A DNA stretch of 64,000 bases from an uncultured Gemmatimonadales bacterium (GTDB taxonomy: Bacteria; Gemmatimonadota; Gemmatimonadetes; Longimicrobiales; RSA9). A program made the position numbers and the translations under genes. Location: assembly GCA_963741945.1 (NCBI GenBank), contig CAVUKA010000001.1:1-64000 (forward strand). The letters run 5' to 3'. Below the pieces are notes generated by a model. The model ran no database searches. It was not told the origin of the DNA and saw nothing but the letters and a program-made list of their open reading frames with translations. Below are positions 1 to 9,465 of the stretch, piece after piece. The stretch's first letter is position 1; each line of letters starts with the position of its first letter.

Positions 1-601
1 GCAGATCAACAGCGGGAACGACCCGGTGCAGAAGGCGATGATCGACATGAACATGGACGCCTTCAAGAGCGCGCAGGAGCGCGGAGCCAGTGCGATTGAT
101 CAGTTGAACACGATCAGCCAGGCGGAAGCCCTCCTGGCCGAAACCCGGCAGGGTAAGGCTGAAACCGCCACCCTCGCCCTCCGGCAGATCGGTGCCGTGT
201 TCGGACTGGACCAGGAGCAGGTGAGTCTCCAGGAGGCTCTGCAAGCCTTCTCGAACAAGTTTGCGCTGTCCGCACGGCAGAACATGCCGGGCCAGTTGTC
301 GGACAATGACATCAAGTTCCTCAAGCAGTCCGTGATCGAACTCGGCAAGCGGCCGGAGGCGAACTGGCTACTCACCGCGGCAGCGCGGCGGATCGCGGAA
401 GCGCAGATAGCCTATCAGTCGGAGGCCAACCGCTACGTCACCGAGCACGGCAACCCAATGGGGCTGGTGCAGCACATGGCGCAGTATTCGGCGCAGAACT
501 CGCTCACGTTCCGCGACTTGGTGGACGAGGCGAAGGCCGGCGGCGTCGGCGTCGGTGGCGGCGGCGGCGGCGATCGCTTTGGGGACCTGGGAGGCAGATA
601 A
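1..601 (+). CDS. Probable phage virion/DNA-ejection protein, C-terminal part (5'-truncated by the window)
   Basis: Frame is open from the window edge. Ala/Gln-rich helical protein with a 'G-x-LSDNDIKFL' segment of the kind seen in podovirus-like internal virion proteins. Its stop overlaps the next ATG (TAATG). Confidence 0.45.
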   Translation, partial: QINSGNDPVQKAMIDMNMDAFKSAQERGASAIDQLNTISQAEALLAETRQGKAETATLALRQIGAVFGLDQEQVSLQEALQAFSNKFALSARQNMPGQLSDNDIKFLKQSVIELGKRPEANWLLTAAARRIAEAQIAYQSEANRYVTEHGNPMGLVQHMAQYSAQNSLTFRDLVDEAKAGGVGVGGGGGGDRFGDLGGR

Positions 602-2181
602 TGGACCCTGAACTTATGCTCCAGCAGGCGGAGGCGGCTCTACAGCGCGGTGCGTCCCCCGACGAGGTGGACGCGCGGGTGCAGGAAGTATCGGGCGGGG
701 AATATCTGTCGGTGGACGCCCTGCGGGTAGCGGCTCGGCCCGGGAGTGCGGGGGAGAACCTGCGTACGCTCGGGAAGTCGCTCGGCGGCGCGGCGCGGGA
801 CCTCGTGACGCATCCTCTCGACTACCTCCGGAAGAATCACTCGGCGGCGGCCGACGAGACGCTGGCGATGTACGAGGGGGCGACCCTGAATTGGGGGGAC
901 GAAATCCTGGGGGCGGTGGGGAAGGCGTTTGGAAAGGAGGGGGTGGGCGAGGCGACCCGGCAGCGCATGAAGGACATGCCCAAGGGCCGGCGTGTAATGG
1001 GCGAGATCGTGGGGAGCCTCCTCTTTCCGGTGGGGGGCGCCGGGGTGGGAGTGACGGCCCTCCGCGCCGGGCGGCCGCTGATGGCTCCGGGCCGTGCCTT
1101 GCTGGAGGCGGGCCTGGAGGGGATGGCTGTGGGGGGCGCCGGGGGAGCCGCGGCGACCGCGGGTGCGGCGGAGCCGGGTCACCGGGGCGCCGCCGCCGTA
1201 GGAGGCGGGCTGTTCGGCACCGTGGCAGGCGGGACGTTGGGGCTCGGGGCGGGCCTCGCAACGCAGGTCCCCCGGGCCTTCCGGAGCGCACGGGAAGTGG
1301 GGCAGAACCTGGCCGACGCCGTGCGTAGCGGGAGCGGGCGGGGGCGCGTCCCCACGTCCCTGCTCCGGGAGGCGGAGAAGGAGGTCCAGCGCGAGGCTCG
1401 GCGGGGTCTGATCGCCCCCTTGGAGGAGGCGGGTGTGACCCCTCCGGCGGTCACGGACGCTTTCGTGACGGGCGGGGGCAGCAAGGAAGTGGCGCGGACC
1501 CTCCAGCGGCAGCTACGCGCGGTCCAGGCCAAGAACCCGAACGCCCGGCAGGTCCTGCAGGAAATCGCGGAGGTGCGGGCTGGCAAGCGGGGGTCCGTCA
1601 CGACGCCCATTTCGTTCAGCACGGCGGATGAGCTGGCCCGGAAGATGTCCGCGCAGGCAACGAAGGCGGAGAAGATGGGGGCGGCGGAGGAGTCCAACGC
1701 CCTCATCGCCGCCCATGATCTGATCGATGAGCAGCTTCGCACGATGCCGGGGTACGAGGATTTCAAGGGCGTGTGGGCGGAGACAAGCGCGAATATCCGC
1801 GCCTTGAAGGCAGGGCGGAAGGCGGCGGCCCCCTCCCGCACGGCGGACGACGTACGGGCGGAGCTAAAGGCCCTGCCGAGCGATGACGCGCGGGAGGCGT
1901 ACCTGAACTCCTGGGCGAACCAGTTGAACGCGCGGCTGGAGCGCCGCATGGGCACTACGGGGGATGTGCAGAACATCCTTTGGTCCGGGCGGGAGTTCGA
2001 CAAGAAACTCCGGAAGCTGTTCCCGGATGATGCGTCCTTCGCACATTTCAAGCGGGTGGCAGACGTGGAGGCCGCGTCGATCTCCCTGGCAAAGCGGGCG
2101 CAGGTCGTCGCGGGCGCCCTTGCTTTCCTGGTCGGGGGGACGAGCCTCTATGCCCGTGTTATCCCGGTCCCCGGGCAGTAA
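601..2181 (+). CDS. Probable phage internal virion/ejection protein (526 aa)
   Basis: 'EGATLNWGDEILG' motif followed by Gly/Ala-rich hydrophobic stretches and a helical C-terminus, resembling phage DNA-transfer proteins. Lies next to an att-like broken tRNA. Confidence 0.5.
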   Translation: MDPELMLQQAEAALQRGASPDEVDARVQEVSGGEYLSVDALRVAARPGSAGENLRTLGKSLGGAARDLVTHPLDYLRKNHSAAADETLAMYEGATLNWGDEILGAVGKAFGKEGVGEATRQRMKDMPKGRRVMGEIVGSLLFPVGGAGVGVTALRAGRPLMAPGRALLEAGLEGMAVGGAGGAAATAGAAEPGHRGAAAVGGGLFGTVAGGTLGLGAGLATQVPRAFRSAREVGQNLADAVRSGSGRGRVPTSLLREAEKEVQREARRGLIAPLEEAGVTPPAVTDAFVTGGGSKEVARTLQRQLRAVQAKNPNARQVLQEIAEVRAGKRGSVTTPISFSTADELARKMSAQATKAEKMGAAEESNALIAAHDLIDEQLRTMPGYEDFKGVWAETSANIRALKAGRKAAAPSRTADDVRAELKALPSDDAREAYLNSWANQLNARLERRMGTTGDVQNILWSGREFDKKLRKLFPDDASFAHFKRVADVEAASISLAKRAQVVAGALAFLVGGTSLYARVIPVPGQ

Positions 2182-2362
2182 CGGCGAAGATCAGGACGGA
2201 AGCCAGGACCAGCAGGAGCCACGCCGGGACGATGACCGCGGTCACGAGGAGCCCGGCGACCGCGCCGAGCCCGAGCAGTACGCGGTATGCGAGATCCCGC
2301 ACCGGGCCGGGGCGCTTCGGCGCCGCGGCCGGGCGGTCGCTCTCGAATGACACAAACCTCAT
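2159..2362 (-). CDS. Small membrane protein (67 aa), possible prophage accessory gene
   Basis: GGAGG RBS before GTG-ATG. About 35 consecutive hydrophobic residues (1-2 TM helices). Convergent with the phage-like gene. Confidence 0.5.
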   Translation of the reverse strand: MRFVSFESDRPAAAPKRPGPVRDLAYRVLLGLGAVAGLLVTAVIVPAWLLLVLASVLIFAVTARGPG

Positions 2363-2492
2363 CACAACCTCCCTCGCTTCGGTGGGGGAGCGCGGGGCCG
2401 GCACTCCAGTATGGGGCGCCGGCCTTTGCTTTGTCCAGACTTTGCCTGTGAGATTTCGCAGAACGCCGCCATTTGCAGCATCCGTGCCAAAC

Positions 2493-2532
2493 GCCTAAGT
2501 GCCTAAGTCACTGTGGTCTGACCTACTTACGC
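2493..2532. repeat. GCCTAAGT tandem pair plus an inverted copy (ACTTACGC), candidate att-arm protein binding sites
   Basis: gcctaagt at 2493-2500 and 2501-2508; acttacgc at 2525-2532, 12 bp from the tRNA break point. Confidence 0.45.
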
Positions 2533-2544
2533 AAGCACGCAATC

Positions 2545-2585
2545 GGATTAAGAGTCCCCTGCTCTGCCAATTAAGCTAGCGAGGC
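2545..2585 (-). pseudogene. tRNA-Lys(CTT) 5'-half fragment
   Basis: Minus strand reads GCCTCGC-TAGCTTAATTGGCAGAGC-A-GGGGA-CTCTTAA-TCC, then diverges. There is no T-arm (TTC) and no 3' acceptor strand. Confidence 0.85.
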
Positions 2586-2639
2586 ATTTCCACGCCCCGG
2601 CCGAAGCCGGTCCGGCGCGCCCGCCGGAGCGGGCGCGAG

Positions 2640-2714
2640 GGTGAGCGACCGGAATTGAACCGGCGACCTCCAGGGCCACAACCTGGCGCTCTAACCAACT
2701 GAGCTACGCCCACC
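2640..2714 (-). tRNA. tRNA-His(GTG)
   Basis: Cloverleaf G-GTGGGCG...CCAGG-TTGTGGC-CCTGG...GTTCAATTC...CGCTCAC-C, with G-1 and C73. CCA is not encoded. Confidence 0.95.
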
Positions 2715-2757
2715 ATCGAACTCGAGCCGCCGACGATATCGGCGGCGCGCCAGCGAG

Positions 2758-2831
<74 letters not shown>

Positions 2832-3078
2832 AGATACGGGCCATGGCAGGGCGCGTGAACGGCAGCGCGCCGAAGCGGTCGCCCGCCGCCGGCTTTTGCC
2901 CGGCAGCCACTAAGGATACAGGGGGGATGTGGGGCCGTCAACCCCTGATTCGGGAAGAAGTGGAGGGGCCCGGAAGCCGTTGGGGGACGCCGGTTTGCGG
3001 GGGGCGCGGCCGGGGGTTTCGGAGGGAGCCGGTGGTGGGGCGAATTGACACCCGACGTGGCAGAGCGTCATATGAGGC

Positions 3079-4047
3079 GTGCTCCTGAACGTGGTGTGGT
3101 TCGTGATCGGGCTCCTGGCGCTGTACGCCGGGGCGGAGGCGCTGGTGCGGGGCGCGGTCCGCCTGTCCGTGCGCATGGGCGTGAGTCCGCTGGTGGTGGG
3201 GCTGACAGTGGTGGCGTTCGGCAGCTCCGCGCCCGAGCTGCTGGTCGGTGTAGTGGCCTCGCTGCGCCACCAGAGCGATGTGGTGCTGGGGAACGTGGTG
3301 GGCTCGAACGTGATCAACATCGGGCTGATCCTGGGAGTGTCGGCGCTGGTCAGGCCGTTGCGCGTGGGATTGCGGCTGATGCGGCGCGAAGCCCCGGTCA
3401 TGGTCGGTGCGAGCGTGCTCGTGACGATGCTGATGATGGACCGGACGCTGGGCCGAATCGATGGCGTGATCCTGCTGGGGCTGTTCGTGGCGTTCCTGCA
3501 GTACGTGCAACGCGAGAGCGCGCGTGAATCGCGGGAAGTGGAAGCGGAGTACCTGCAGTATGGCGGCCACCGGGCCGCTCCGTCCACGACTACGCTCCGA
3601 GACGCGGCCATGGTGGTGTTCGGGTTGGCCGGGCTGGTGCTGGGTGCGCACCTCCTGGTGGGGTCGGCGGTGTACTTCGCGCGGCTGCTGGGGGTGTCGG
3701 AGATCCTTGTGGGACTGACGGTGGTGGCGATGGGAACGTCGCTTCCGGAGCTGGCGACGTGCGTGGTGGCGGCGAGGCGGAACGAGCCGGACATCGCCCT
3801 CGGCAACGCGGTGGGCTCCAACATCTTCAACCTTCTGAGCATCCTGGGCGTCTCCTCCCTGCTGCGACCGATCCCGGTGGCGGCCGGCGTGCTGGAGTTC
3901 GATGCCCCCGCCATGATCTTCTTCGCCCTGATCCTGGTCCCGCTGGCGCTGAAGGGGAAAGTGCTGGGTCGGATCTCCGGCAGCGTGCTGGTGACCGCCT
4001 ACGTCGCGTTCACGGCCTTTCTGGTGCTGCGGGCGATCCCGTCCTGA
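3079..4047 (+). CDS. Ca2+/Na+ antiporter (YrbG/CaCA family)
   Basis: Two alpha repeats, GSSAPEL...GNVVGSN and GTSLPEL...GNAVGSN. About 10 TM helices. Confidence 0.9.
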   Translation: MLLNVVWFVIGLLALYAGAEALVRGAVRLSVRMGVSPLVVGLTVVAFGSSAPELLVGVVASLRHQSDVVLGNVVGSNVINIGLILGVSALVRPLRVGLRLMRREAPVMVGASVLVTMLMMDRTLGRIDGVILLGLFVAFLQYVQRESARESREVEAEYLQYGGHRAAPSTTTLRDAAMVVFGLAGLVLGAHLLVGSAVYFARLLGVSEILVGLTVVAMGTSLPELATCVVAARRNEPDIALGNAVGSNIFNLLSILGVSSLLRPIPVAAGVLEFDAPAMIFFALILVPLALKGKVLGRISGSVLVTAYVAFTAFLVLRAIPS

Positions 4048-4098
4048 CCCGCGGGGCAGCCAAGCGTGATGGCCTGCGGGGGGCGGACGAGGCCGTGC

Positions 4099-5382
4099 TC
4101 AGAAATACACCGACATCATGGTGAAGACCGCGGAGCCGTAGGCCCCGAACTCGCTTCGCAGGCGAATATCCGGCGGGGTGAGCTGGAACCGCGGCTCCTC
4201 GCCGGCGGATACGAGGGCGCCGAGGGAGAGGCGGGTGGCCTGGCCGAGGTCGTACGTGGCGACGGGGGTGAGGGCGAGGCTTCCGTCGCCGAGATTCACC
4301 AGCGCGCTGGCCGCCAGCGTGAGCCGATTCTGCACGTCGGGGCTCCAGCTCACGAGCGCCCCCAGGTAGTTCCGGCCGAGGTAATAGGTCTCTCCGCGCT
4401 GCAGCCTGGGGTCTGCCGCCACGTCCACATAGCCGTCCGCGCCGACCGCGCCGATCCCGTTGTAGTGGTATTCACCGGTGACCACGAGGGTGCCGCGGAT
4501 CCAGTCGACGCCCGCCGTGATCCTGGGGCGCTGCGGCTCTCCGCCATCGAGGTTCCATGGGAACGCCGCCTCGAGGCGGTACTTGGTCTCGTCACCGAGC
4601 ACCGTGACGCCGCCCATGGCCATGATCTCGCGCCAGAACTTGCCCACACCGGCCCAGAGGTCGGCCTGGCCCAGGGAGAGCGTTCCCCGCACGCCGGCGG
4701 AGACGTCCTCGGCGCTCCCGCGGTCGGCGATGACGGCGTCCACCTCCAGCCCGTCCGCCGGATAGAAGAGCGCCCGGATGGCGTCCAGACCGGGCTTCTC
4801 CTCGGTCTCCTGCTCGAAGGGAGCGAAATGGGTCCAGAGGTCGGCCACGGGGAAGATCATGGCCGTGCCCCATGTGATGGCCTGGCGTCCCACGGTGATG
4901 TCGGCGGCATCGGTGAATACGGAGAGGCTCAGGCGGTCGATGTCGTGCCAGACATGAAGCCGCTCGCGCTGCACGAAGTCGGAGGACAGGTCCACGAGCC
5001 GGTCCGGGACCGTGGTGACGCCGAAGCCCACCACCTGCTCGCCGGCGTCGCTGGTCACCCGCCCCTGAAAGCGGTCGTGCAGCTCGAAGCGCCAGTGGCC
5101 GCCGGTGACCAGCCACTTCACGCGCACCACCTCACTGTGGAACCCGCTCTGGCGCGCAGGGATGGGCAGTCCCGGCACGACCGGCAGGTCGTAGCCGAGG
5201 TCCTGGAACCCTGTGATGGAGCGGACGTAGCCACCGACGGTTGCGGTCACATCGCCGCCTTCGAACAGCGTGAGCTGCCCCGCGGCGGGAGCGGCCGCGG
5301 CCGCGGCTCCGAGCAGCGCGAGCGCGATGGCGAGAAGGCCGGAGCGACCCGGGAGAGCGAGCGCGTCGCGGGTGGAGCGCAC
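4099..5382 (-). CDS. Putative outer-membrane beta-barrel protein
   Basis: Signal peptide, amphipathic beta-strand pattern, 'VGRQAITWG' segment, terminal ...VYF. Confidence 0.65.
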   Translation of the reverse strand: MRSTRDALALPGRSGLLAIALALLGAAAAAAPAAGQLTLFEGGDVTATVGGYVRSITGFQDLGYDLPVVPGLPIPARQSGFHSEVVRVKWLVTGGHWRFELHDRFQGRVTSDAGEQVVGFGVTTVPDRLVDLSSDFVQRERLHVWHDIDRLSLSVFTDAADITVGRQAITWGTAMIFPVADLWTHFAPFEQETEEKPGLDAIRALFYPADGLEVDAVIADRGSAEDVSAGVRGTLSLGQADLWAGVGKFWREIMAMGGVTVLGDETKYRLEAAFPWNLDGGEPQRPRITAGVDWIRGTLVVTGEYHYNGIGAVGADGYVDVAADPRLQRGETYYLGRNYLGALVSWSPDVQNRLTLAASALVNLGDGSLALTPVATYDLGQATRLSLGALVSAGEEPRFQLTPPDIRLRSEFGAYGSAVFTMMSVYF

Positions 5383-5386
5383 GGGG

Positions 5387-6136
5387 CTATCCGTCGGCTG
5401 CGCGCACGCGGCGGATGCGGCCGTCGAGCAGCTCCACCACCCGCCGCGCGCGCTCGATGACGGTGGTGTCGTGGGTGGAGAAGAGGAACGTGATGCCCAT
5501 CTCGTGGTTGAGCTCGAGCATCATGTCGAGGAGACCGGCGGAGGTGGCGCTGTCCAGGTTGGCCGTGGGCTCGTCGGCCAGGACGATGGATGGGTGGGTG
5601 GCGAGGGCGCGCACCACGGCCACGCGCTGCTGCTGCCCGCCCGAGAGCTCGTGGGGCTTGCGGTCCATCATGTCGCCGAGGCCGACCCGCTCCAGGAGCG
5701 GTTCGACGATGCTGCGCCGGTCGGCCGCGTCCACCCCGCGCAGGAGCAGCGTGAACTCCGCGTTCTCGTAAGCGGTGAGGACGGGGACCAGATTGTACGC
5801 CTGGAAGATGAAGCCGACGGTATGGAGCCGGAAATCCGCCGCTTCCCCCTTCCCCAGCTCGGCCACGTTCCGTCCGGCCACCTCCACGTGCCCCGTGGTG
5901 GGGGCGTCCAGCGCGCCGATGATGTTCAGGAGCGTGGTCTTCCCGGAGCCGGACGGGCCGGCCAGGGCGGTGAACTCGCCTTCTCCGATATCCAGGTCGA
6001 CACCCCTGAGGGCGTGCACTTCCAGGTCACCCTGGTGATAGACCTTCGTGACCGAGTGCACGTGGATCTCGGCGTGCCCCTCGATGAGGCCGGGCCCGTG
6101 CCGCGGCGGCTGCTCGACGGGTGTGTGGCTGCTCAC
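5387..6136 (-). CDS. ABC transporter ATP-binding protein (LolD/MacB-like)
   Basis: GPSGSGKT, LSGGQQQRV, LADEPT motifs. Confidence 0.92.
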   Translation of the reverse strand: MSSHTPVEQPPRHGPGLIEGHAEIHVHSVTKVYHQGDLEVHALRGVDLDIGEGEFTALAGPSGSGKTTLLNIIGALDAPTTGHVEVAGRNVAELGKGEAADFRLHTVGFIFQAYNLVPVLTAYENAEFTLLLRGVDAADRRSIVEPLLERVGLGDMMDRKPHELSGGQQQRVAVVRALATHPSIVLADEPTANLDSATSAGLLDMMLELNHEMGITFLFSTHDTTVIERARRVVELLDGRIRRVRAADG

Positions 6137-6152
6137 GTCCGGGTCCTCCTGC

Positions 6153-7397
6153 TCATTCGAAGAAGCGCATGGCTTCCGCCGGGGCGAGGCGCGTGGCCCG
6201 CCAGGCGGGGTAGAGGGCGGCGGCGACGGTGGTCACGGCCACCAGGACGGAGGCCGCGATCCACTTGATCGGGACGATGGTGCTGTGCATGACGAGCTGG
6301 CTGAAGTCGACGCCCGACAGCTCCATGTCCTCGATGCCATAGGAGGCCATGTTGATGCCCCAGTGCCTGGCCGCGAGGTGGCCCGCGAACCCGATGCCGA
6401 AGCCGGCCACCATGGCCAGGGCGGTCATGAGCACGGTCTCGGTCAGGAGCAGGCGCCCGATGCGGCCGTTGCGAAGCCCCAGTGCGTTCAGCAGGCCGAA
6501 CTCCCGCACCCGCTCCATCACGGCCATGAGGAAGGTGTTGGTGATGGAGAAGAGGACCACGGCGAAGATGACGATCATGTAGATGTAGCCGAAGGCGTCA
6601 TCGAGCTCGACGTAGCCCACCATCTCGGGCACCGCATCGGGCCACGTCAGCACCTCCAGCCCCCGGTCCCGGGCGTCCACGGCGGAACGGATGCGCGCCG
6701 CGACGCTGTCCACGTCCGCGCCACCCGCCACGAGCACGCCGACCTGCGTCAGCATGTTCCCCATTCCGACGGCATCGCGGGCGGCCTCGAGCGTGGTGAA
6801 TCCGGCCACCTCATCCAGCTCCTGCATGCCCGTGCTCAGCGTCCCGGCCAGGTGGAAGAGGGCGCGCGTCATCTCGCCGTCCGGTCCGGTGGCCGTGAGG
6901 ACCACCCGGTCCCCGACCTTCACGCCCAGCCGGTTCGCCAGCCGCTGCCCGAGGAGGATCGGGTGCCGGACCGTGGCGCTGTCCAGGTAGGTGCCGGTCT
7001 CCACGTCGTCCCGGTAATCGTTCAGGACGTTCTCCGCTTCAGGGTCGATCCCCTGCAGCATGAGCGGCCGGTTGTCCGCCGACGTGCTCACCAGTCCGTT
7101 GATGAGGACGCGGGGAACCACGGCCCGGACGCCGGGGACTGCCGCCACCGCGGCCAGCACGGAATCCGCGTCCTCGATGACGATGTCGCTCGCGCGCGTG
7201 GCCCAGTAGTCGCGCCCGTGGACCAGGATATCGCCGCCAGCGGCGCGGCTGGCCTCCTCCAGCATGCGCCGGTGGCCATCGTCGGAGATGCCGAGGGCCA
7301 CGAGCACCAGCGCGTAGGCGAGCGCCACGGCGGACGTCATGATGATGGTCCGGGTGCGGTGCCTCCAGAGATTGCGCCACGCCATCTTGAGGAGCAT
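6153..7397 (-). CDS. ABC permease, FtsX/LolE-like
   Basis: MLLKMAWRNLWRH...; 'ERVREFGLLNALG'; ends 'LAPAEAMR'. Start overlaps the upstream stop. Confidence 0.88.
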   Translation of the reverse strand: MLLKMAWRNLWRHRTRTIIMTSAVALAYALVLVALGISDDGHRRMLEEASRAAGGDILVHGRDYWATRASDIVIEDADSVLAAVAAVPGVRAVVPRVLINGLVSTSADNRPLMLQGIDPEAENVLNDYRDDVETGTYLDSATVRHPILLGQRLANRLGVKVGDRVVLTATGPDGEMTRALFHLAGTLSTGMQELDEVAGFTTLEAARDAVGMGNMLTQVGVLVAGGADVDSVAARIRSAVDARDRGLEVLTWPDAVPEMVGYVELDDAFGYIYMIVIFAVVLFSITNTFLMAVMERVREFGLLNALGLRNGRIGRLLLTETVLMTALAMVAGFGIGFAGHLAARHWGINMASYGIEDMELSGVDFSQLVMHSTIVPIKWIAASVLVAVTTVAAALYPAWRATRLAPAEAMRFFE

Positions 7398-8707
7398 CAC
7401 GTCCTCCCGGCGATGGTGGGCGCGGGGTCGATGCGCGCCGCCCTGATGGCCGGCCAGAGCCCGCTCAGCGCGGCCACGATGAGCATGACCACCACCGGCT
7501 GGATCACGGCGCCCGGATAGAGCCCGAAGTAGAGCCGGTCGGAGAACGCCACGCCCATGAACGAGAAGTCGGCCTTCCCCGCGCTCGTCAGGAGCCCCAT
7601 GTCCAGCCCGTTCGCGGCGAAATACCAGGTCACGAGACCGCCCGCCACCGCGCCGATCAGCGCGCCCACGCTGCCCAGCACCACGGTCTCCACGACGAGC
7701 GTGCGGAACATGCGACGGGGGCGCATGCCGATGGCCATGAGCACCCCGAACTCGCGACGCCGCTCCAGCGCGCTCATGCGCTGCGTGTTCAGGATCCCGA
7801 TGGCGGCCACCAGGTAAATGAGGAGGTACATGAACCAGTACGACTGTCGGAACAGGATGATGATCTGGTTCAGCGACGGCACGATCTCCTGCCACGGCTG
7901 CACGACCAGCGCGTCCGCGGCGATCTGACCCCGCTCGACGGCCGAGTCCGGCGGTGCGCCCGCGGTGGCCCCCAGCGCGGCGGCCACGGCGGAAGCGAGC
8001 TCGGGGGCGACGTCCAGGTCGGAGGAGCGGATGGCCAGCTCGTGGATGCCGTCGCCGAGCGCGGCCATGTTCTGGGCATCCGACAGGTGGACGTACGCGG
8101 TCATGCGGTCGACCTGCGTGTTCCCGGTGTGCACGATGCCCACCACCTGCAGCAGCTCGTTGCCGAGCGAGCCGTCGGCTGCCTCGAGGAAGACCACCAG
8201 CTCATTGCCGACCTGCGCCCGCAGCTGCGTGGCCATTCCCTCCCCGAGGACCACTTCACGGGGAGCCGGATACGCCGCAGGCCGGTCCGAGAGCCAGCGG
8301 CCGGCCGCCACGGCTTCCGCCACGGGCGTGGCCGCGGCTTCCAGCTCCGGCCGGACGCCCAGGATACGCGCCACCTGCGAGCGCTGCTCGTTGCCGATCA
8401 GCCCGTTCAGCTTCGCCCGCGGGGTCACCGCGACCACGCCGGGCACCTCGCGGACCGCGCGCATCTGCGCCGGATCGAGGGTGAACGTCCGATAGCTCCG
8501 CGGCGCTTCCACGTACGCGGCCGTGTGCACCTGCGCCTGCGTGACTTCCACGGACGTGGCACCGCGCACCATCTCGTTGATCCACCCCTCGTAGAACCCG
8601 AGGGTCCAGACCATGACCCCGACGGCCACCGAGATGGCGGCCAGCGTCAGCGCGCTGCGCCAGCGGTTCCTCGAAAGGTTCCTCAGGCCCAGCTTGACGG
8701 AGATCAT
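7397..8707 (-). CDS. ABC permease, FtsX/LolC-like
   Basis: 'LRNLSRNRWRS' and 'ERRREFGVLMAIG'; one TM, a periplasmic domain, then three TMs. Confidence 0.88.
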   Translation of the reverse strand: MISVKLGLRNLSRNRWRSALTLAAISVAVGVMVWTLGFYEGWINEMVRGATSVEVTQAQVHTAAYVEAPRSYRTFTLDPAQMRAVREVPGVVAVTPRAKLNGLIGNEQRSQVARILGVRPELEAAATPVAEAVAAGRWLSDRPAAYPAPREVVLGEGMATQLRAQVGNELVVFLEAADGSLGNELLQVVGIVHTGNTQVDRMTAYVHLSDAQNMAALGDGIHELAIRSSDLDVAPELASAVAAALGATAGAPPDSAVERGQIAADALVVQPWQEIVPSLNQIIILFRQSYWFMYLLIYLVAAIGILNTQRMSALERRREFGVLMAIGMRPRRMFRTLVVETVVLGSVGALIGAVAGGLVTWYFAANGLDMGLLTSAGKADFSFMGVAFSDRLYFGLYPGAVIQPVVVMLIVAALSGLWPAIRAARIDPAPTIAGRT

Positions 8708-9465
8708 TGGGCGACCCGGCGCAGGCCCCGCCGCGTGAACAGGTCCGCCGGCACGGGCGCGTCGAGCTCCAGCGTCTGGTACTGGACCTCCGTCCGCTCG
8801 TCCGGGGAGTCCTCGGGCTGCAACACCATGTGGAAGGGGAGCTGCTTCCCCGCCACCGTGTGCACGTCATCGAAGCGCATGGTCCGGATCAGCTCGCCCT
8901 GGTCATAGTACTCCTCCGCAACCGGGATCCACTTCTCCGGCGTGAGCAGGAAGAGCACCTTCGTGTAGACCACCGGCGCGTCCGGCTTCGGCGTGAGCGT
9001 CACCTGGAGGTAGCGCTTCCCGTCCCGCGTGCTCCACGACAGCTCACTGTCGTAGTCCTCCTCGTACTTCGTCTCGCGCATCAAGTCGTCGTTCGTGAAG
9101 TGGCTCCCCATCCAGCTCTCCGAGAGGAGACCGGTGGGGATCCGGATCAGCCTGTCCGCGCGCGGGGCGTAGTTCCACATCCCCTCCTCCGTCATGAGCG
9201 TGGCCGTGCCCGCCTCCCGGGCCGGCGAGCGGATGACGATGAGGGCGTCGTCCTGCCCTTTCGACCACATCTCCATGGTCAGCTCCCGCGTGCCGCGCTC
9301 CCGCACCACCGTCATCGTCATGACCGCGTGCGACGATTCCGACCGGTACAGGTCGTCCAGGTAGTCCGTGACCTCCTTCACCGACGGCAGCTTCGGCTCC
9401 TGCGCCCTCACGGGCGACGCCGCCAGCGCCGCCACCGCCACCACCAGAAACACGTTCCGGATCAT
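8704..9465 (-). CDS. Outer-membrane lipoprotein-sorting (LolA-like) protein
   Basis: Signal peptide; 'SPAREAGTATL', 'SWMGSHFTNDDL', and 'DLFTRRGL' C-terminus typical of this family. Confidence 0.8.
   Translation of the reverse strand: MIRNVFLVVAVAALAASPVRAQEPKLPSVKEVTDYLDDLYRSESSHAVMTMTVVRERGTRELTMEMWSKGQDDALIVIRSPAREAGTATLMTEEGMWNYAPRADRLIRIPTGLLSESWMGSHFTNDDLMRETKYEEDYDSELSWSTRDGKRYLQVTLTPKPDAPVVYTKVLFLLTPEKWIPVAEEYYDQGELIRTMRFDDVHTVAGKQLPFHMVLQPEDSPDERTEVQYQTLELDAPVPADLFTRRGLRRVAQ

Larger units (their letters stand above)
1..2555. mobile_element. Right end of a putative prophage/integrative element inserted in tRNA-Lys
   Basis: Phage-like ORFs end at a tRNA whose sequence breaks just after the anticodon loop. 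No integrase is visible in the window. Confidence 0.6.
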
